DNA from: a virus
Strand: one strand, 5' to 3'
IMG/VR virus record: IMGVR_UViG_3300025913_000025
Location: 1-64,000 of that record
Length of the DNA: 64,000 nt
Part shown: positions 45,805 through 56,238 of the stretch, in pieces
Numbering within the stretch: position 1 is the stretch's first letter
Layout of the letters: every line of letters starts with the position of its first letter
Program-made: the position numbers and the translations under genes
The notes under the pieces: model-generated
What the model was told of the DNA's origin: nothing
What the model saw: only the letters and a program-made list of their open reading frames with translations
The model's database searches: none

Positions 45805-48800
45805 ATGTCGACGCCGACAATTTGGCAAAGCCCGATCAATGGTGCGCAGGCCGCGCTCGCCGCGAAGTATACGGTCGGGCTCGGATCAATGGTGATCACG
45901 AAGGGATACGGCGACGTGATCCGGCAGAAGCTCCTCGATCTGGGCTTGCCGTCGATCTCGCCGTCAGCGCCGCTCGCGTACACGATCACGTCGAAGACTC
46001 AGCCCTCGACGCTTGCGACCTACGAAGCGATCTATCAGGCAACTGGACTCACTGATGATACTCTGAGCGGAGTCAGCACGATCGAGGGTTCGATCGACCA
46101 GGCGTTCTCGATCGGCAGCAAGTTCGCGGTGAATCTGACTGCCGGCCAGATCGCGTTGATACAGACAGCGATCAACGCCGTCGAGACAGGCAAAGCGCCC
46201 CTCATCGCGCCCACGTTCACTGGCCAGGTTTCTGTTCAAGCGCCGACCGCGTCGACCCTCCTTCAGAGGTGGTTGGACAGCAACGGTTCCATGGTCGCCA
46301 CGATTGACAACGCCGGGTCCAATCTCGGAACGGCAGAACTCACGATCCTCGGTATCGCCAACGCCGGGATTCAGGACCTGGGTGGCCAGGTCGTCAACGT
46401 CAAGAATCCCGCCTATGGCTGCACTGGCAATGGCACGACGGATGACGCGCCCGCGCTCCGGCTGGCAATCACCAAAGCGGCGGCAATCGGCGGGACCGTG
46501 TTTTTCCCGAATGGAACGTTTCTGCTCAAGAGCCAGATCACGATTCCCAGTAACGTGACATTTCAAGGCGCCGGTCCCGGCAGCGTGATTCAGGGCGATG
46601 GGACATTTCAGGTCCTATTCGACGTCACCGCAGTCAGTAACGTCCAGTTCGTTTCGCTGAAACTGAACGGCGGAGCCAGCGTCGGCATTTACATCGATAC
46701 CTCGTCACACATCAGCGTAACGAATTGCGAGATCGATAACTTCACCCGCGTTCGCGACACGCTCTACACGTCGGGAATCCTGCTCAACGCGGCAAGCAAC
46801 GTCCTGATTCGCGGCAATAAATTCTCGGGATGCGGGTACAACGCCGGACCGGGAACGGCCGCGAACGGGACCATCGTTTTCAAGGACAACGCAACGACTG
46901 ACTGCACGAACGTCACGGTTTCCGAGAACGCGATTTTCAACGCCGGACTCTTCGCGATTTGCGGATTCGATATCTCGGAATGCAAGATTCTCGATAACTA
47001 TATAGATCAAGGAAACATCGGCAATACAGACTACAATAACGGATATGGCATCCTTGCATACGACGCGCAACACGCATTGCCGGGTCGGAACTTCGTCAAG
47101 AACAACCTGATCCGAGGCAACTTCGTCACTACCTGTTATGGGACCGGGATTTACTGCGTCGTCGGAATCGACAACACGATCGCGCACAACATCGTTGTCA
47201 ACAGCGCTCTGACGATGGATTCGTCCAGCCTGCGGCAAGGCGGAATCGTCGCCAATGAGTCCGTGCGGACCATCATCGACGGCAACCACGCGATCAACAT
47301 CGGCGGCGCCCAGCTCAATCTCGTGTCGGGGATCGCGAGCCTCGTGGGCACGGGTGACATGGTGACGAATAACACGATCGATAATGTTCCCACATCTGGA
47401 GGCGACGGATTCTATTGCGGGGGCACCGGCGAGGTAGTCACCATTACGGTCGGCGGCACGGTGGCCGATAACACAATCACAAATTGCGGTCAACATGGCT
47501 TGCATTTTGATATCACTCCCGACAAGACCGGGCTCATCATCGAAGGGAACAGCGTCACGTCGGTCGCTGGAGTCGGGATGCGATGCGGCCAGTTGATCCG
47601 ATGCCTGATCAAAGGGAACTCGATCACCGACTTTGGCGACGGCCAACAAGGGTTTCTGAGTGCCGGCACAGGCAGCGGCACCAATCGATGTGTGTTCGAG
47701 GGTAACATCGTCGTCACGACCGTCTCGAATTCTGGCCGGGCGTTCTCGTTCGCGAACGCGCGAAACCAGTTTATCAACAACGTGGTCATCGGCGCGGGGA
47801 TCCTTGCGACCGGGTTCTACGACACCACCAACCTGTCCTCTGAGCCGAACATCTATTCCGGGAACCGGTGCATTGTCGGGGTGACGAATCCGTTCAGTTT
47901 TCTCGGTCAGGTGAGCTGCCTGAACGGAAACTACAACACGGGGGCCGGCGCGCCGGTCACGACTCCGTTCATTCTCGGCGAGGATTACTACGACTCCACC
48001 AACGAAGTCTGGTACACGTCCAAGGGCACGTCCTCAGCGGCGGACTGGGTTGCTTACGTTTCGGCGATCGCGCCCACGCTCACCGGGCAGGTCATCGTGC
48101 AGGCCGCGGCGGCATCGACCTTGCTCCAGCAATGGAACGACAATGCTGGAAACCCGATTGCGGCGATCAATAATTCCGGCGCGGTCGGAGTCGGCACCGC
48201 ACAGCTCGGCATCGGCACCGCGAACCCCTTGCGTCCGCTTCATATCATGGCGGCGGACATCGGCGCGGGAACGTACATCGCGCTCGACAACACCGATACG
48301 ACCCACAATAACAACGGATCGATTATCGCGTGGACAACGACCACAACCGGCGTTGGAGGAGCCGCGTTTAAAGGCTATGCGTCAATCACGGGAAAGATCC
48401 TCACGCACGATCAACCGACGCTGGCCAGCACTCTTACCTATCTCACGGCGAACGGTTCCGGTGCATTCAATACATACTTGATGGACCAGTTCGGCGCTTT
48501 CACGATTCCGGGGAACGTCTACGCGACGGTGCGCGACAATGGAGGCGCCGATTTCGACGTTAAGCATCCCACCTACGGATGCAAATGCGATGCGATGAGC
48601 GCCATTGCAACGGGCATCACGCTCAACTCACCTACGATCACGATGACCGTGCCGACCTCGGGAGATGTCGGCACGGCAATCTCGGTTCCCGGCGCGGGCA
48701 CTGCGGGCGCTACGCTGGCGACGACGATAAGTGCTGTAAATGGCACCCTGATTACGCTCGCGAGTCCCATCGTTACGACCGTCAGGACCGCGATCATTAC

Positions 48801-50781
48801 CTACGGCGCCAGCTCTTTGACAGCCGTGGCAACCAATGTAGTGGCCGGATCGACTCTGAGCGTGGTGGTGCCAACTTCGGCCGACGCCGGCAAGACGATT
48901 TCGATTCCCGGCGCTGGCACGGCGGGCGCCGCACTGGTCACCACGATCAGCACTGTATCGGGCACCACGATCACGCTTGCCGCGAATTGCCTTGCGACCA
49001 TCGCCTCGGCCACTGCGCTGTACGGCACCGACGACACGACGCACTTCCGCAACGCGATCACGGCGGCGGCGGCGGTAAGCGGAACCGTGCTCGTGCCAAC
49101 CGGCAACATGCTCATCGCGTCTCTGATCACCTTGCCGTCCAACATCGCGGTCATGGGCACCGGGCCGGGATCAATGATCACGGGAACCAGCGGACTCGAG
49201 GTGCTGATCTCGCTGAACGGCTCGACAGGCGTACGGATACGCAACCTCACGCTCAACGGCGGTGCCAGCGTGGGAATCTTCGCGACGGCGTGCAGCAACT
49301 TCCTGATCGATAACTGCGTCATCAATAATTTCAACCGCGTCCGCGATACGCTCTATACCTCGGGAATCCTGCTCAACGCAGCAACGATCGGCTGGATCCA
49401 GAAGTGCCAGTTCGCGAACAATGGCTACGGCGGCGCTGGCGCGATCACCAATGGCGCGATCGTCTTCAAGGACAACCCGACGACCGATTGCACATTCATC
49501 AATGTAGTGTTCAATGAAATCGTCGGAGCGGGCCTCTACGGAATCTGCGGCTTCGACGTGTCCGACTGCAAGTTCATTTCAAACACGATCAATCAGGGCA
49601 ACGTTGGGACCACCGACTACAACAACGGTTACGGAATCCTGGTCTACGACGCGCAGCACGCTTCAGGACGCAATTATGTGTTTCGGAACGTCGTCGCGTT
49701 CAACAACGTCTCGAACTGCTACGGGACGGGCATCTATCTCGTCGTCGGTATCGACAACATCATCGCCCACAACATCGTGAAGAGCGTCGCCTTGACGATG
49801 GATTCGTCGAGCCTGCGGCAAGGCGGAATCATCGCCAACGAATCCGTCAATACGATTATCGATGCGAATGAAGTCGATACCGTGGGCGGCGCACAGGTTA
49901 ACCAGGTTGCCGGGATCGCGTCACTGATCGGCACGAATGACGAGATCACCAATAACCGGATCGCAAACGTCACGGCAACAGCCGGAGACGGAATCAACGT
50001 GGGCGGATCGGGTGAAGTCGTCACGTCCACCGTGGGCGGCAGGTACAGCGGAAACTCGATCAAGACCGTTGGCCGATACGGAATGAACTTCGACACGTCC
50101 ACGGCTAAGGTCGATCTCGTCGTCGAATCAAACTACGTGCAGAGTTGCGGCTCGATCGGCTACTTTATCAACAACGTTCAATACAGTCAGTTCAACCACA
50201 ACAAGGTACGTGACTTCGGTGCTGGGTCTCAGGGCTTCTTGATCGGGTCGTCCTCCTCGACGACCAACGTCTCGCTAAACGGCTGCGAGGCCGAGATTAC
50301 GAGCACGAACTCGGGACGTGGGTTTCAGATCGCAACCGGTCCCAACACGGTCAATAGTTGCGTTGCGTCCGGCATCGGCGCGGCGCTCAGCGTGGGCTTC
50401 CTCGACCAATCGAACACGACACCGCCTGTCGTTTGGACGGGCTATAGCTACACGCGCGGAACGGTCACGACGCCGTTCAGTCGATCCGGTCAGCAATCAT
50501 GCCTAGACAGCATGTACAATTCGGGCGCCGGCGCGCCCGCGACCACTCCCAGAGTCGTCGGCGAGAAGTATCTCGACACAACCAATAAGCAATTCTACAT
50601 TGCCGTTGGCACGAGCGCCGCGACGGACTGGGCACCGTCCGACACTCCGCTTCTCACGGGTACCGCGGCTCCGGCAACGACGCCGTTCCGGCTCAACCTG
50701 ATGTTTCTCGACACGACCAACAAGAAGGCCTACGTGTCCATGGGAGTGGCCTCGTCGGCAGACTGGGTGTTACTCAATTGA
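45805..50781 (+). CDS. virion spike/fibre with two pectate-lyase-like beta-helix modules
   Basis: VNVKNPAYGCTGNGTTDDAPA...GGTVFFPNGTF; internal duplication; Asn/Gly/Thr-rich parallel beta-helix repeats. Confidence 0.85.
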   Translation: MSTPTIWQSPINGAQAALAAKYTVGLGSMVITKGYGDVIRQKLLDLGLPSISPSAPLAYTITSKTQPSTLATYEAIYQATGLTDDTLSGVSTIEGSIDQAFSIGSKFAVNLTAGQIALIQTAINAVETGKAPLIAPTFTGQVSVQAPTASTLLQRWLDSNGSMVATIDNAGSNLGTAELTILGIANAGIQDLGGQVVNVKNPAYGCTGNGTTDDAPALRLAITKAAAIGGTVFFPNGTFLLKSQITIPSNVTFQGAGPGSVIQGDGTFQVLFDVTAVSNVQFVSLKLNGGASVGIYIDTSSHISVTNCEIDNFTRVRDTLYTSGILLNAASNVLIRGNKFSGCGYNAGPGTAANGTIVFKDNATTDCTNVTVSENAIFNAGLFAICGFDISECKILDNYIDQGNIGNTDYNNGYGILAYDAQHALPGRNFVKNNLIRGNFVTTCYGTGIYCVVGIDNTIAHNIVVNSALTMDSSSLRQGGIVANESVRTIIDGNHAINIGGAQLNLVSGIASLVGTGDMVTNNTIDNVPTSGGDGFYCGGTGEVVTITVGGTVADNTITNCGQHGLHFDITPDKTGLIIEGNSVTSVAGVGMRCGQLIRCLIKGNSITDFGDGQQGFLSAGTGSGTNRCVFEGNIVVTTVSNSGRAFSFANARNQFINNVVIGAGILATGFYDTTNLSSEPNIYSGNRCIVGVTNPFSFLGQVSCLNGNYNTGAGAPVTTPFILGEDYYDSTNEVWYTSKGTSSAADWVAYVSAIAPTLTGQVIVQAAAASTLLQQWNDNAGNPIAAINNSGAVGVGTAQLGIGTANPLRPLHIMAADIGAGTYIALDNTDTTHNNNGSIIAWTTTTTGVGGAAFKGYASITGKILTHDQPTLASTLTYLTANGSGAFNTYLMDQFGAFTIPGNVYATVRDNGGADFDVKHPTYGCKCDAMSAIATGITLNSPTITMTVPTSGDVGTAISVPGAGTAGATLATTISAVNGTLITLASPIVTTVRTAIITYGASSLTAVATNVVAGSTLSVVVPTSADAGKTISIPGAGTAGAALVTTISTVSGTTITLAANCLATIASATALYGTDDTTHFRNAITAAAAVSGTVLVPTGNMLIASLITLPSNIAVMGTGPGSMITGTSGLEVLISLNGSTGVRIRNLTLNGGASVGIFATACSNFLIDNCVINNFNRVRDTLYTSGILLNAATIGWIQKCQFANNGYGGAGAITNGAIVFKDNPTTDCTFINVVFNEIVGAGLYGICGFDVSDCKFISNTINQGNVGTTDYNNGYGILVYDAQHASGRNYVFRNVVAFNNVSNCYGTGIYLVVGIDNIIAHNIVKSVALTMDSSSLRQGGIIANESVNTIIDANEVDTVGGAQVNQVAGIASLIGTNDEITNNRIANVTATAGDGINVGGSGEVVTSTVGGRYSGNSIKTVGRYGMNFDTSTAKVDLVVESNYVQSCGSIGYFINNVQYSQFNHNKVRDFGAGSQGFLIGSSSSTTNVSLNGCEAEITSTNSGRGFQIATGPNTVNSCVASGIGAALSVGFLDQSNTTPPVVWTGYSYTRGTVTTPFSRSGQQSCLDSMYNSGAGAPATTPRVVGEKYLDTTNKQFYIAVGTSAATDWAPSDTPLLTGTAAPATTPFRLNLMFLDTTNKKAYVSMGVASSADWVLLN

Positions 50782-51209
50782 GCTACGGCGATCCCTACAA
50801 CACGACGGTCTACAACGCGCCGCAGCCGGGATCGACGCTCACCCCGAGCGGTCGGTATGGCTATGGTCCGAGCCGGTACATCTATCGGAACCAGGTCGAT
50901 CTCTACGCCCGGATTGCGGCGAAGGATCGCGAGAAGGCGACGATCGGTGCGCTCTACGAACTGGTGGCGTCTTCCGTGCCATGCTCGGTCCAGCCCGGGG
51001 ATATCATGACCAGGTACACCCCCGATGAAAAGATCGAGCAGTTCATCCCCTACGAGATTTACTTCCGGACGAACCCGGCGCAGGGTCAATACAACATGGT
51101 CAACTGGATCGACGACTCGGGCGCTTCTCACGATATCGCCGTGATCGGTACGCGATCGTTGGCAGGCCGCGGCAACGTCTGGGCGATCACGGGAGAGGAG
51201 CGGATCTGA
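50778..51209 (+). CDS. probable head closure/stopper protein
   Basis: Size, position, VPCSVQP motif. Confidence 0.55.
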   Translation: MSYGDPYNTTVYNAPQPGSTLTPSGRYGYGPSRYIYRNQVDLYARIAAKDREKATIGALYELVASSVPCSVQPGDIMTRYTPDEKIEQFIPYEIYFRTNPAQGQYNMVNWIDDSGASHDIAVIGTRSLAGRGNVWAITGEERI

Positions 51210-51787
51210 TGTCGACTGCCGGACCTAATGGAGTCGGATCGGTCGGAACGAGTAATGTGATCGGAACGATCGATTGGACCGGCGCACTCAATGTTTTCGC
51301 ACCAGACGGAGTCTATGCGACGGCAGTTCTGAATTCGAGCGAGGTGAGTTACTACCTGCATGGGGCCTCGTTTGGTTTCTCGATTCCTCCGGGCGCGACG
51401 ATCAACGGGATACAACTGGACATTCTTTGCCAGGGAACAGGTACCGCACTCATTCAGGATCACTCAATTCGCCTTTATCAAGGCGGAGTTCTCACGGGAA
51501 CCGATAAGGCCGTGGGGACCACATGGCCAGTTTTTGGGGCCGAGGCATACAGGTCCTACGGAGGACCGGCCGATCTGTGGGGTGCATCATGGGGACCTTC
51601 GGACATAAACGACGTAACTTTTGGCGCGGCGATTTGCGCGATCAACAATGCGCCATCGGGCGGAATAGCTTATGTCGATTACTTTCGAATAACTGTCACA
51701 TTCACGAGCACGAACCAGGTCTCTCAGCAAGTGACCGTTGCAAGACCTCCTCAAGCCGCTTATGATTGGACGCAGAAGCCCGACTAA
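51209..51787 (+). CDS. virion structural protein
   Basis: FGFSIP.GATINGI...YGG..DLWG..W...DIN...FG beta-sandwich motif. Confidence 0.6.
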   Translation: MSTAGPNGVGSVGTSNVIGTIDWTGALNVFAPDGVYATAVLNSSEVSYYLHGASFGFSIPPGATINGIQLDILCQGTGTALIQDHSIRLYQGGVLTGTDKAVGTTWPVFGAEAYRSYGGPADLWGASWGPSDINDVTFGAAICAINNAPSGGIAYVDYFRITVTFTSTNQVSQQVTVARPPQAAYDWTQKPD

Positions 51788-51846
51788 TCTTACGGCGAAC
51801 CGCGAGAGCGGAACGTCTTTACCTGATAAGAGTTGAGGTTGCCCTC

Positions 51847-52314
51847 ATGGCCAGACTTCTCGGATCCTGCTTTGTGGCTCCCACGTCGGTTGTGGGAGGC
51901 ACTCCGCAAACCCTCATTCAGATGGTCGCGCCGACGAACCAGCGCGGGGCCGTTTATCAGTTCGCGTGGTCGTTCGACGGCACGAACTCGGCCAATACCC
52001 CGGGTACCCAGATCATCTTGCGCCAGACGACGGCCGGCACGGCGACCAACACGGCTGTTGCTCCCAAGAAGATCAACGATCCCAGTGGCGTCGGCGAGAC
52101 GCTTCAATTCACCTATCAGACGGCCTATACCGTCGAGCCGACCGCGAGCGACGTGATGATGGAATTCACGCAACCGGTCTTCGGCGGCCTTCTGAGCCAG
52201 GCGTTCGCGCCCTGGAGCTCGGAAATCATGATCCCGGGCGGCACGCGGCTCGGCTTCAAGTCGTCGTGCGCGCAGACGGTCAACGCGGGTCTGACGGTCT
52301 GGTACGAAGAGTGA
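51847..52314 (+). CDS. virion structural protein
   Basis: Thr-rich beta protein ending WYEE. Confidence 0.6.
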   Translation: MARLLGSCFVAPTSVVGGTPQTLIQMVAPTNQRGAVYQFAWSFDGTNSANTPGTQIILRQTTAGTATNTAVAPKKINDPSGVGETLQFTYQTAYTVEPTASDVMMEFTQPVFGGLLSQAFAPWSSEIMIPGGTRLGFKSSCAQTVNAGLTVWYEE

Positions 52315-52390
52315 TCGATCCGGCCATTGGGCTTCCAGGTGGGCGCGCTGGGTTCCGGTGCGCCTGCCTTGCACTCAGGGAGAGAACGCC

Positions 52391-52573
52391 ATGGCGGACG
52401 AAAACGAAAAGGTCGAGGCGCCCGAGCCGAAGCACGAAGATACGCCGCTCGGGTTCAAGCGCGAAGAGATCCGATGCGGGAACTGTGGCCAGCCGGCCAC
52501 GCTCTTGACGCCGCTCAATCCCAAGGATGGGCAGGTCGAGCGCGTGCTCCCGCATTACGGTTGCCGCGATTAG
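52391..52573 (+). CDS. small Zn-ribbon protein
   Basis: CGNCG...HYGC; GGAG RBS. Confidence 0.5.
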   Translation: MADENEKVEAPEPKHEDTPLGFKREEIRCGNCGQPATLLTPLNPKDGQVERVLPHYGCRD

Positions 52574-53037
52574 GCATTAGCCGCGACGTGTGGCTTGCGG
52601 AAATAGTCCTCGAGCGCGATCACGGCACGGCGGATCAGGTCCCGTTGCTCGGCGCTGATGTCGAGCACAAGCCCTGCATAGTGATCGACGTTGTAGCGGT
52701 CGTCGAGGCTGACGCCGAGCCGACGAATCCGGGTCTGGCAATCGTTGATGAGATGAAAGTAGATTGTGCGGATGATTCGCGCGTGCATGTGCAAGGATTT
52801 GGGAAGGAAGAACTTGGCATCGTAGATGAAGGGTCCGTTCAGGTTCACGCGGATCTTGTCCTCGTGGGGAACCATGTAGACGAACATGACGCCCCCGGGA
52901 TGAAACTGGCGATCGAGAGCAAAGAGCTTCTCCAAGAATCCTTCGCCAGCCGGTTGATTCGCTAGATCAAGTGCGGCACTGGCGATCCCCATGAAGAGGT
53001 GGCGTGACGGCTCGTGATACCTGATTGACGTTCCCAT
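52570..53037 (-). CDS. hypothetical moron protein
   Basis: Opposite-strand ORF with GGAGGG RBS. Confidence 0.55.
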   Translation of the reverse strand: MGTSIRYHEPSRHLFMGIASAALDLANQPAGEGFLEKLFALDRQFHPGGVMFVYMVPHEDKIRVNLNGPFIYDAKFFLPKSLHMHARIIRTIYFHLINDCQTRIRRLGVSLDDRYNVDHYAGLVLDISAEQRDLIRRAVIALEDYFRKPHVAANA

Positions 53038-53088
53038 CCGCGTTCCCCCTCCTGAAAGAAAGATCGACATCATCGCGATCAACCACCC

Positions 53089-54798
53089 GTGAACATTACA
53101 GTTCGGCGCGGAAAACGGCAACGCTCGTCGATACAATCGACGCCATTCACGGTTGAAGTGTCCGTGGAGGTTCCGGGCCGGACCATCATCACCGGGGTCC
53201 CTCCGGCGCCGGTGCGAAGGCACGGCTCGACCAGGTCGTTGCGGAACAAGATCGGGCCCCTCGTCACCCCGACGACTCCGCCGAGAATCATTCTCAATCC
53301 AGCTCGCAAGCAAAAGCCGGCCGCGCCGATCGCGCGGATCGTCAGAACTCCGTGGCCAAACGTCACGCCGATTCCCGCCAGCGCCAAGCCAATCCCGCTA
53401 TTCGTTCGGGCGATCGCGCGACCGCTTCGCCCGGGACGGACGGCGACCACGCTGATCACGCGGCGGGATCACGGCAACGGATGGCCGAGTCCGCAACCGA
53501 TCATCGCCAGGCGTCACACGGCTCGACGGCGTGTCGGCAAAGCAACGGTCGTCTCGAGTCCGGGGACGCCCTATCCGTTCACGCGCGCGGTTATCGGGAG
53601 GCTAGCCAAGCACAAGCCGTTCAGGCGAACGATCCAGGTCCTCAAATCGACGTTCTTCCCGACAACCCAGCTCCCGAAGATCACGATCGGCAGCCGGCCA
53701 GCGCGACCGCGGAAGCATGGCAGGATCGCAAACGTCGTCAATCCCCGCGTCTTCTACGCCGCGATTAGCCGGCCGACAGTCATTGTCGGTACCCGGGCGA
53801 TCGGCAAACGCCGCGTCGGTGCGGCGAGCTTCCATCGCTCGCGCGGAGTGCCGACGTTCCGGCCGAACCTATCTGTGTTCAAGGCGCAGCCCCACGGCAA
53901 GCCAGCCAAGCCTCCGGTTGTGCTCAAGACCAAGCGACATAGCGAGTATCCCGTGAAGCCCAAGAGCTTCTCGGTTGCACCTCGACCAGCCAGGAAGCCG
54001 ATCGGCTCGAGCCTGCTCCAGTCCGCGAAGGGCGGCCAGGTTGGACCTTTGACCAGGCCGACGCCAATCGTGCGAGCGCGACCGGCGCCGCTCCCGCTCC
54101 GCGGCCGAGCACGGATCCTCAAGGGTGGCCAGAATATCGCGGCCCAGACTCCAATCCCGTCCAGGCTCAGCTTTCATCGAGCGAAGCCGAAGCTCCGGCG
54201 CGGTAGCGCGCTCTCGACGTTCACCCGCGGTCCTTCTCCGCTCGGGATGAACCCGCGACCGCGCCACGTGATCGGAGTTCGTCCGGCTGAGAAGCGCAAG
54301 GTCGGCAAGGCCACAGTTCCCGTCTCGACACCCCTCGGAGCGGCGGGAATGGCGATCAGTCTTCCCAACGCGATGGCGGTCTGGTTACTCCAGCAACCGG
54401 CGTTCGTGAACGCGTTCGCCTGGGATGCGCTGACACACGACTGCGTTTCAGCGGATTGGGACGATCCGGGAGACGCGTATCCCTACTTCGTCTACCGCGA
54501 ACCGCTCGGCCATCGAGATTACATTTCGGACGGAAGCTTCGAAGAAGACGGACAGATTGAAATCGCTGTCTTGCATCCGGAGAAGGAGACGGCGCGGGTG
54601 CTGGGTACGATCGTGGGAAGCATTTTGAAGGACGCTCCGTTAGAATTTCTGGGGGGATCCGTCTTCTACTTTCGTTGGGTCAACCCCGGATTCCCTCCAG
54701 TCGCAGAGCCAGGAACCCAGCAAAACACGTGGGTTTGGCGACGGGTTCTCATCTTTGAGTACAAGATTGACGGGTATGATTTGCCCGTTCTCACATAA
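53089..54798 (+). CDS. tail terminator-like domain with ~420-aa Arg/Pro-rich N-terminal region
   Basis: C-terminal YPYFVY...QIEIAV...ARVLG.IV..IL directly before tail tube. Confidence 0.6.
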   Translation: MNITVRRGKRQRSSIQSTPFTVEVSVEVPGRTIITGVPPAPVRRHGSTRSLRNKIGPLVTPTTPPRIILNPARKQKPAAPIARIVRTPWPNVTPIPASAKPIPLFVRAIARPLRPGRTATTLITRRDHGNGWPSPQPIIARRHTARRRVGKATVVSSPGTPYPFTRAVIGRLAKHKPFRRTIQVLKSTFFPTTQLPKITIGSRPARPRKHGRIANVVNPRVFYAAISRPTVIVGTRAIGKRRVGAASFHRSRGVPTFRPNLSVFKAQPHGKPAKPPVVLKTKRHSEYPVKPKSFSVAPRPARKPIGSSLLQSAKGGQVGPLTRPTPIVRARPAPLPLRGRARILKGGQNIAAQTPIPSRLSFHRAKPKLRRGSALSTFTRGPSPLGMNPRPRHVIGVRPAEKRKVGKATVPVSTPLGAAGMAISLPNAMAVWLLQQPAFVNAFAWDALTHDCVSADWDDPGDAYPYFVYREPLGHRDYISDGSFEEDGQIEIAVLHPEKETARVLGTIVGSILKDAPLEFLGGSVFYFRWVNPGFPPVAEPGTQQNTWVWRRVLIFEYKIDGYDLPVLT

Positions 54799-54809
54799 AG
54801 GGGCGGTCG

Positions 54810-55217
54810 ATGGCTAACAAGCTTACCGGCAAGGCGTCTTACGTCTTGCTCAACAACACCCAGATCCCGATCACGAAATACTCGCCGAAGGTGACGCGGA
54901 CCCTCGCCGACTCCACCGACTCGACGGATTATGACGCCACCATCGACATGATCAATATGTCCCAGCTCCCGGTCACGTTGAGCCAGGAGCTCTCCGTCGA
55001 AGGGAAATGGAACCTCGCGAACACGAATCAGGCGCTCTTGACGATGTGCTACAGCGGCATCACTGCCGTCCCCGTCGTCCTCGGATTGAACGCTGGTGCG
55101 CTGTTCGGCAGCGGTCTCTTCGATATGTCGGACTTCAGCGCCGACTCGCCGATCAACGATACGATCACGTTTACATGTACGTTGCGCAGCAACGGGAAAT
55201 TCACTCCGGGAAGCTAA
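54810..55217 (+). CDS. major tail tube protein
   Basis: MANKLTGK...DST...LSVEGKW...ITFTCTLRSNG; position before chaperone and tape measure. Confidence 0.75.
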   Translation: MANKLTGKASYVLLNNTQIPITKYSPKVTRTLADSTDSTDYDATIDMINMSQLPVTLSQELSVEGKWNLANTNQALLTMCYSGITAVPVVLGLNAGALFGSGLFDMSDFSADSPINDTITFTCTLRSNGKFTPGS

Positions 55218-56134
55218 TCCTGTTGGCGCGAGTTTACTCGAAGGAACTCGCGCCGCCCTTCTTGATCCAACTCATGAAGGTACTTTCGTTGTTCCGAAGG
55301 ATAGCCCCATTTGAGGTTGTTAGCGCGGTTGTTGAGCGGACTCGGATCAGGGCAATGTCTCGCTTCCATGCCCTCGGGGCACGGGCCGACAAAAGCCGTC
55401 AAAATGACGTGAGACAACTGAAGCCGACGTTTATATCCATCATCGCGGCGAAGTCTCACCGCAACGTGACCGTTGGTCATCACGGTCAGTTTCACAGGTT
55501 TGTGCGTTCCACCAAGAACGATACCCGGTTTACGACCGCGCCCTGAACCTTTTTCGCCATAGATCGGATTCCAGTAGGAACGGACTCGGCCGTGTGATGA
55601 TGCTTCGAATCCTGGCCATTCGGGAATCTCAACCCAGCGTTCCTCACTGGCATCGACGTTCTGGAGGAACTGAGTTGCGATAATCGAACGGCCGCCGAGA
55701 ACGGCCGCCGACTTCTTTCTTAACGGAGTAACGATCGCTTCTTCAGGAGTCCAGCCGAGTTCGATTCTCTGACGCAAGCTAAGCGCTTTCACCACGCATC
55801 GAGGATCTCTCGACCATGCCTGAAGATGTTTGGTCTCACCGAAGGCCGTAACCAGTCTTAGCTGAGTGTAGTTCGCATACTGTTGAACGCGAGGAATCCA
55901 GGTGCAGTTATCTGGCGAGTATCCCTTCGAGTTGTCTTTTCGCTCGATCGTCAGATCGTCGGCGTACCCGTTTGCTCTGGCCCAATCCAAAAAAGCTTGG
56001 CGGCTATTCCGCCATTCATCACAGATCGTGAGTCCCTTAGATCCGTACCACCGAAACGATTTGCAGTTTCGATTGCCGCAACGCTGTTTCATTCCATAGT
56101 AAATTCCTATGAGTCGATCGCGAGCGATGGTCAT
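55214..56134 (-). CDS. double-HNH homing endonuclease
   Basis: MKQRC.N....YG..G..IC.EW...TIERKDNSKGYSPDNC.W plus NUMOD4-HNH (WVEIPEWPGFEASSHGRVRS; RHCPDPSPLNNRANNLKWG). Confidence 0.85.
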   Translation of the reverse strand: MTIARDRLIGIYYGMKQRCGNRNCKSFRWYGSKGLTICDEWRNSRQAFLDWARANGYADDLTIERKDNSKGYSPDNCTWIPRVQQYANYTQLRLVTAFGETKHLQAWSRDPRCVVKALSLRQRIELGWTPEEAIVTPLRKKSAAVLGGRSIIATQFLQNVDASEERWVEIPEWPGFEASSHGRVRSYWNPIYGEKGSGRGRKPGIVLGGTHKPVKLTVMTNGHVAVRLRRDDGYKRRLQLSHVILTAFVGPCPEGMEARHCPDPSPLNNRANNLKWGYPSEQRKYLHELDQEGRREFLRVNSRQQD

Positions 56135-56238
56135 TCGCGTCCCCTTTTGCTTTGAATCAGGATGAGTTTCGAGTATCGTGATACGAACGCCTGGGATCTT
56201 AGCACACTGACTACTCTGTTTGCTACCTTTATTCGGGG

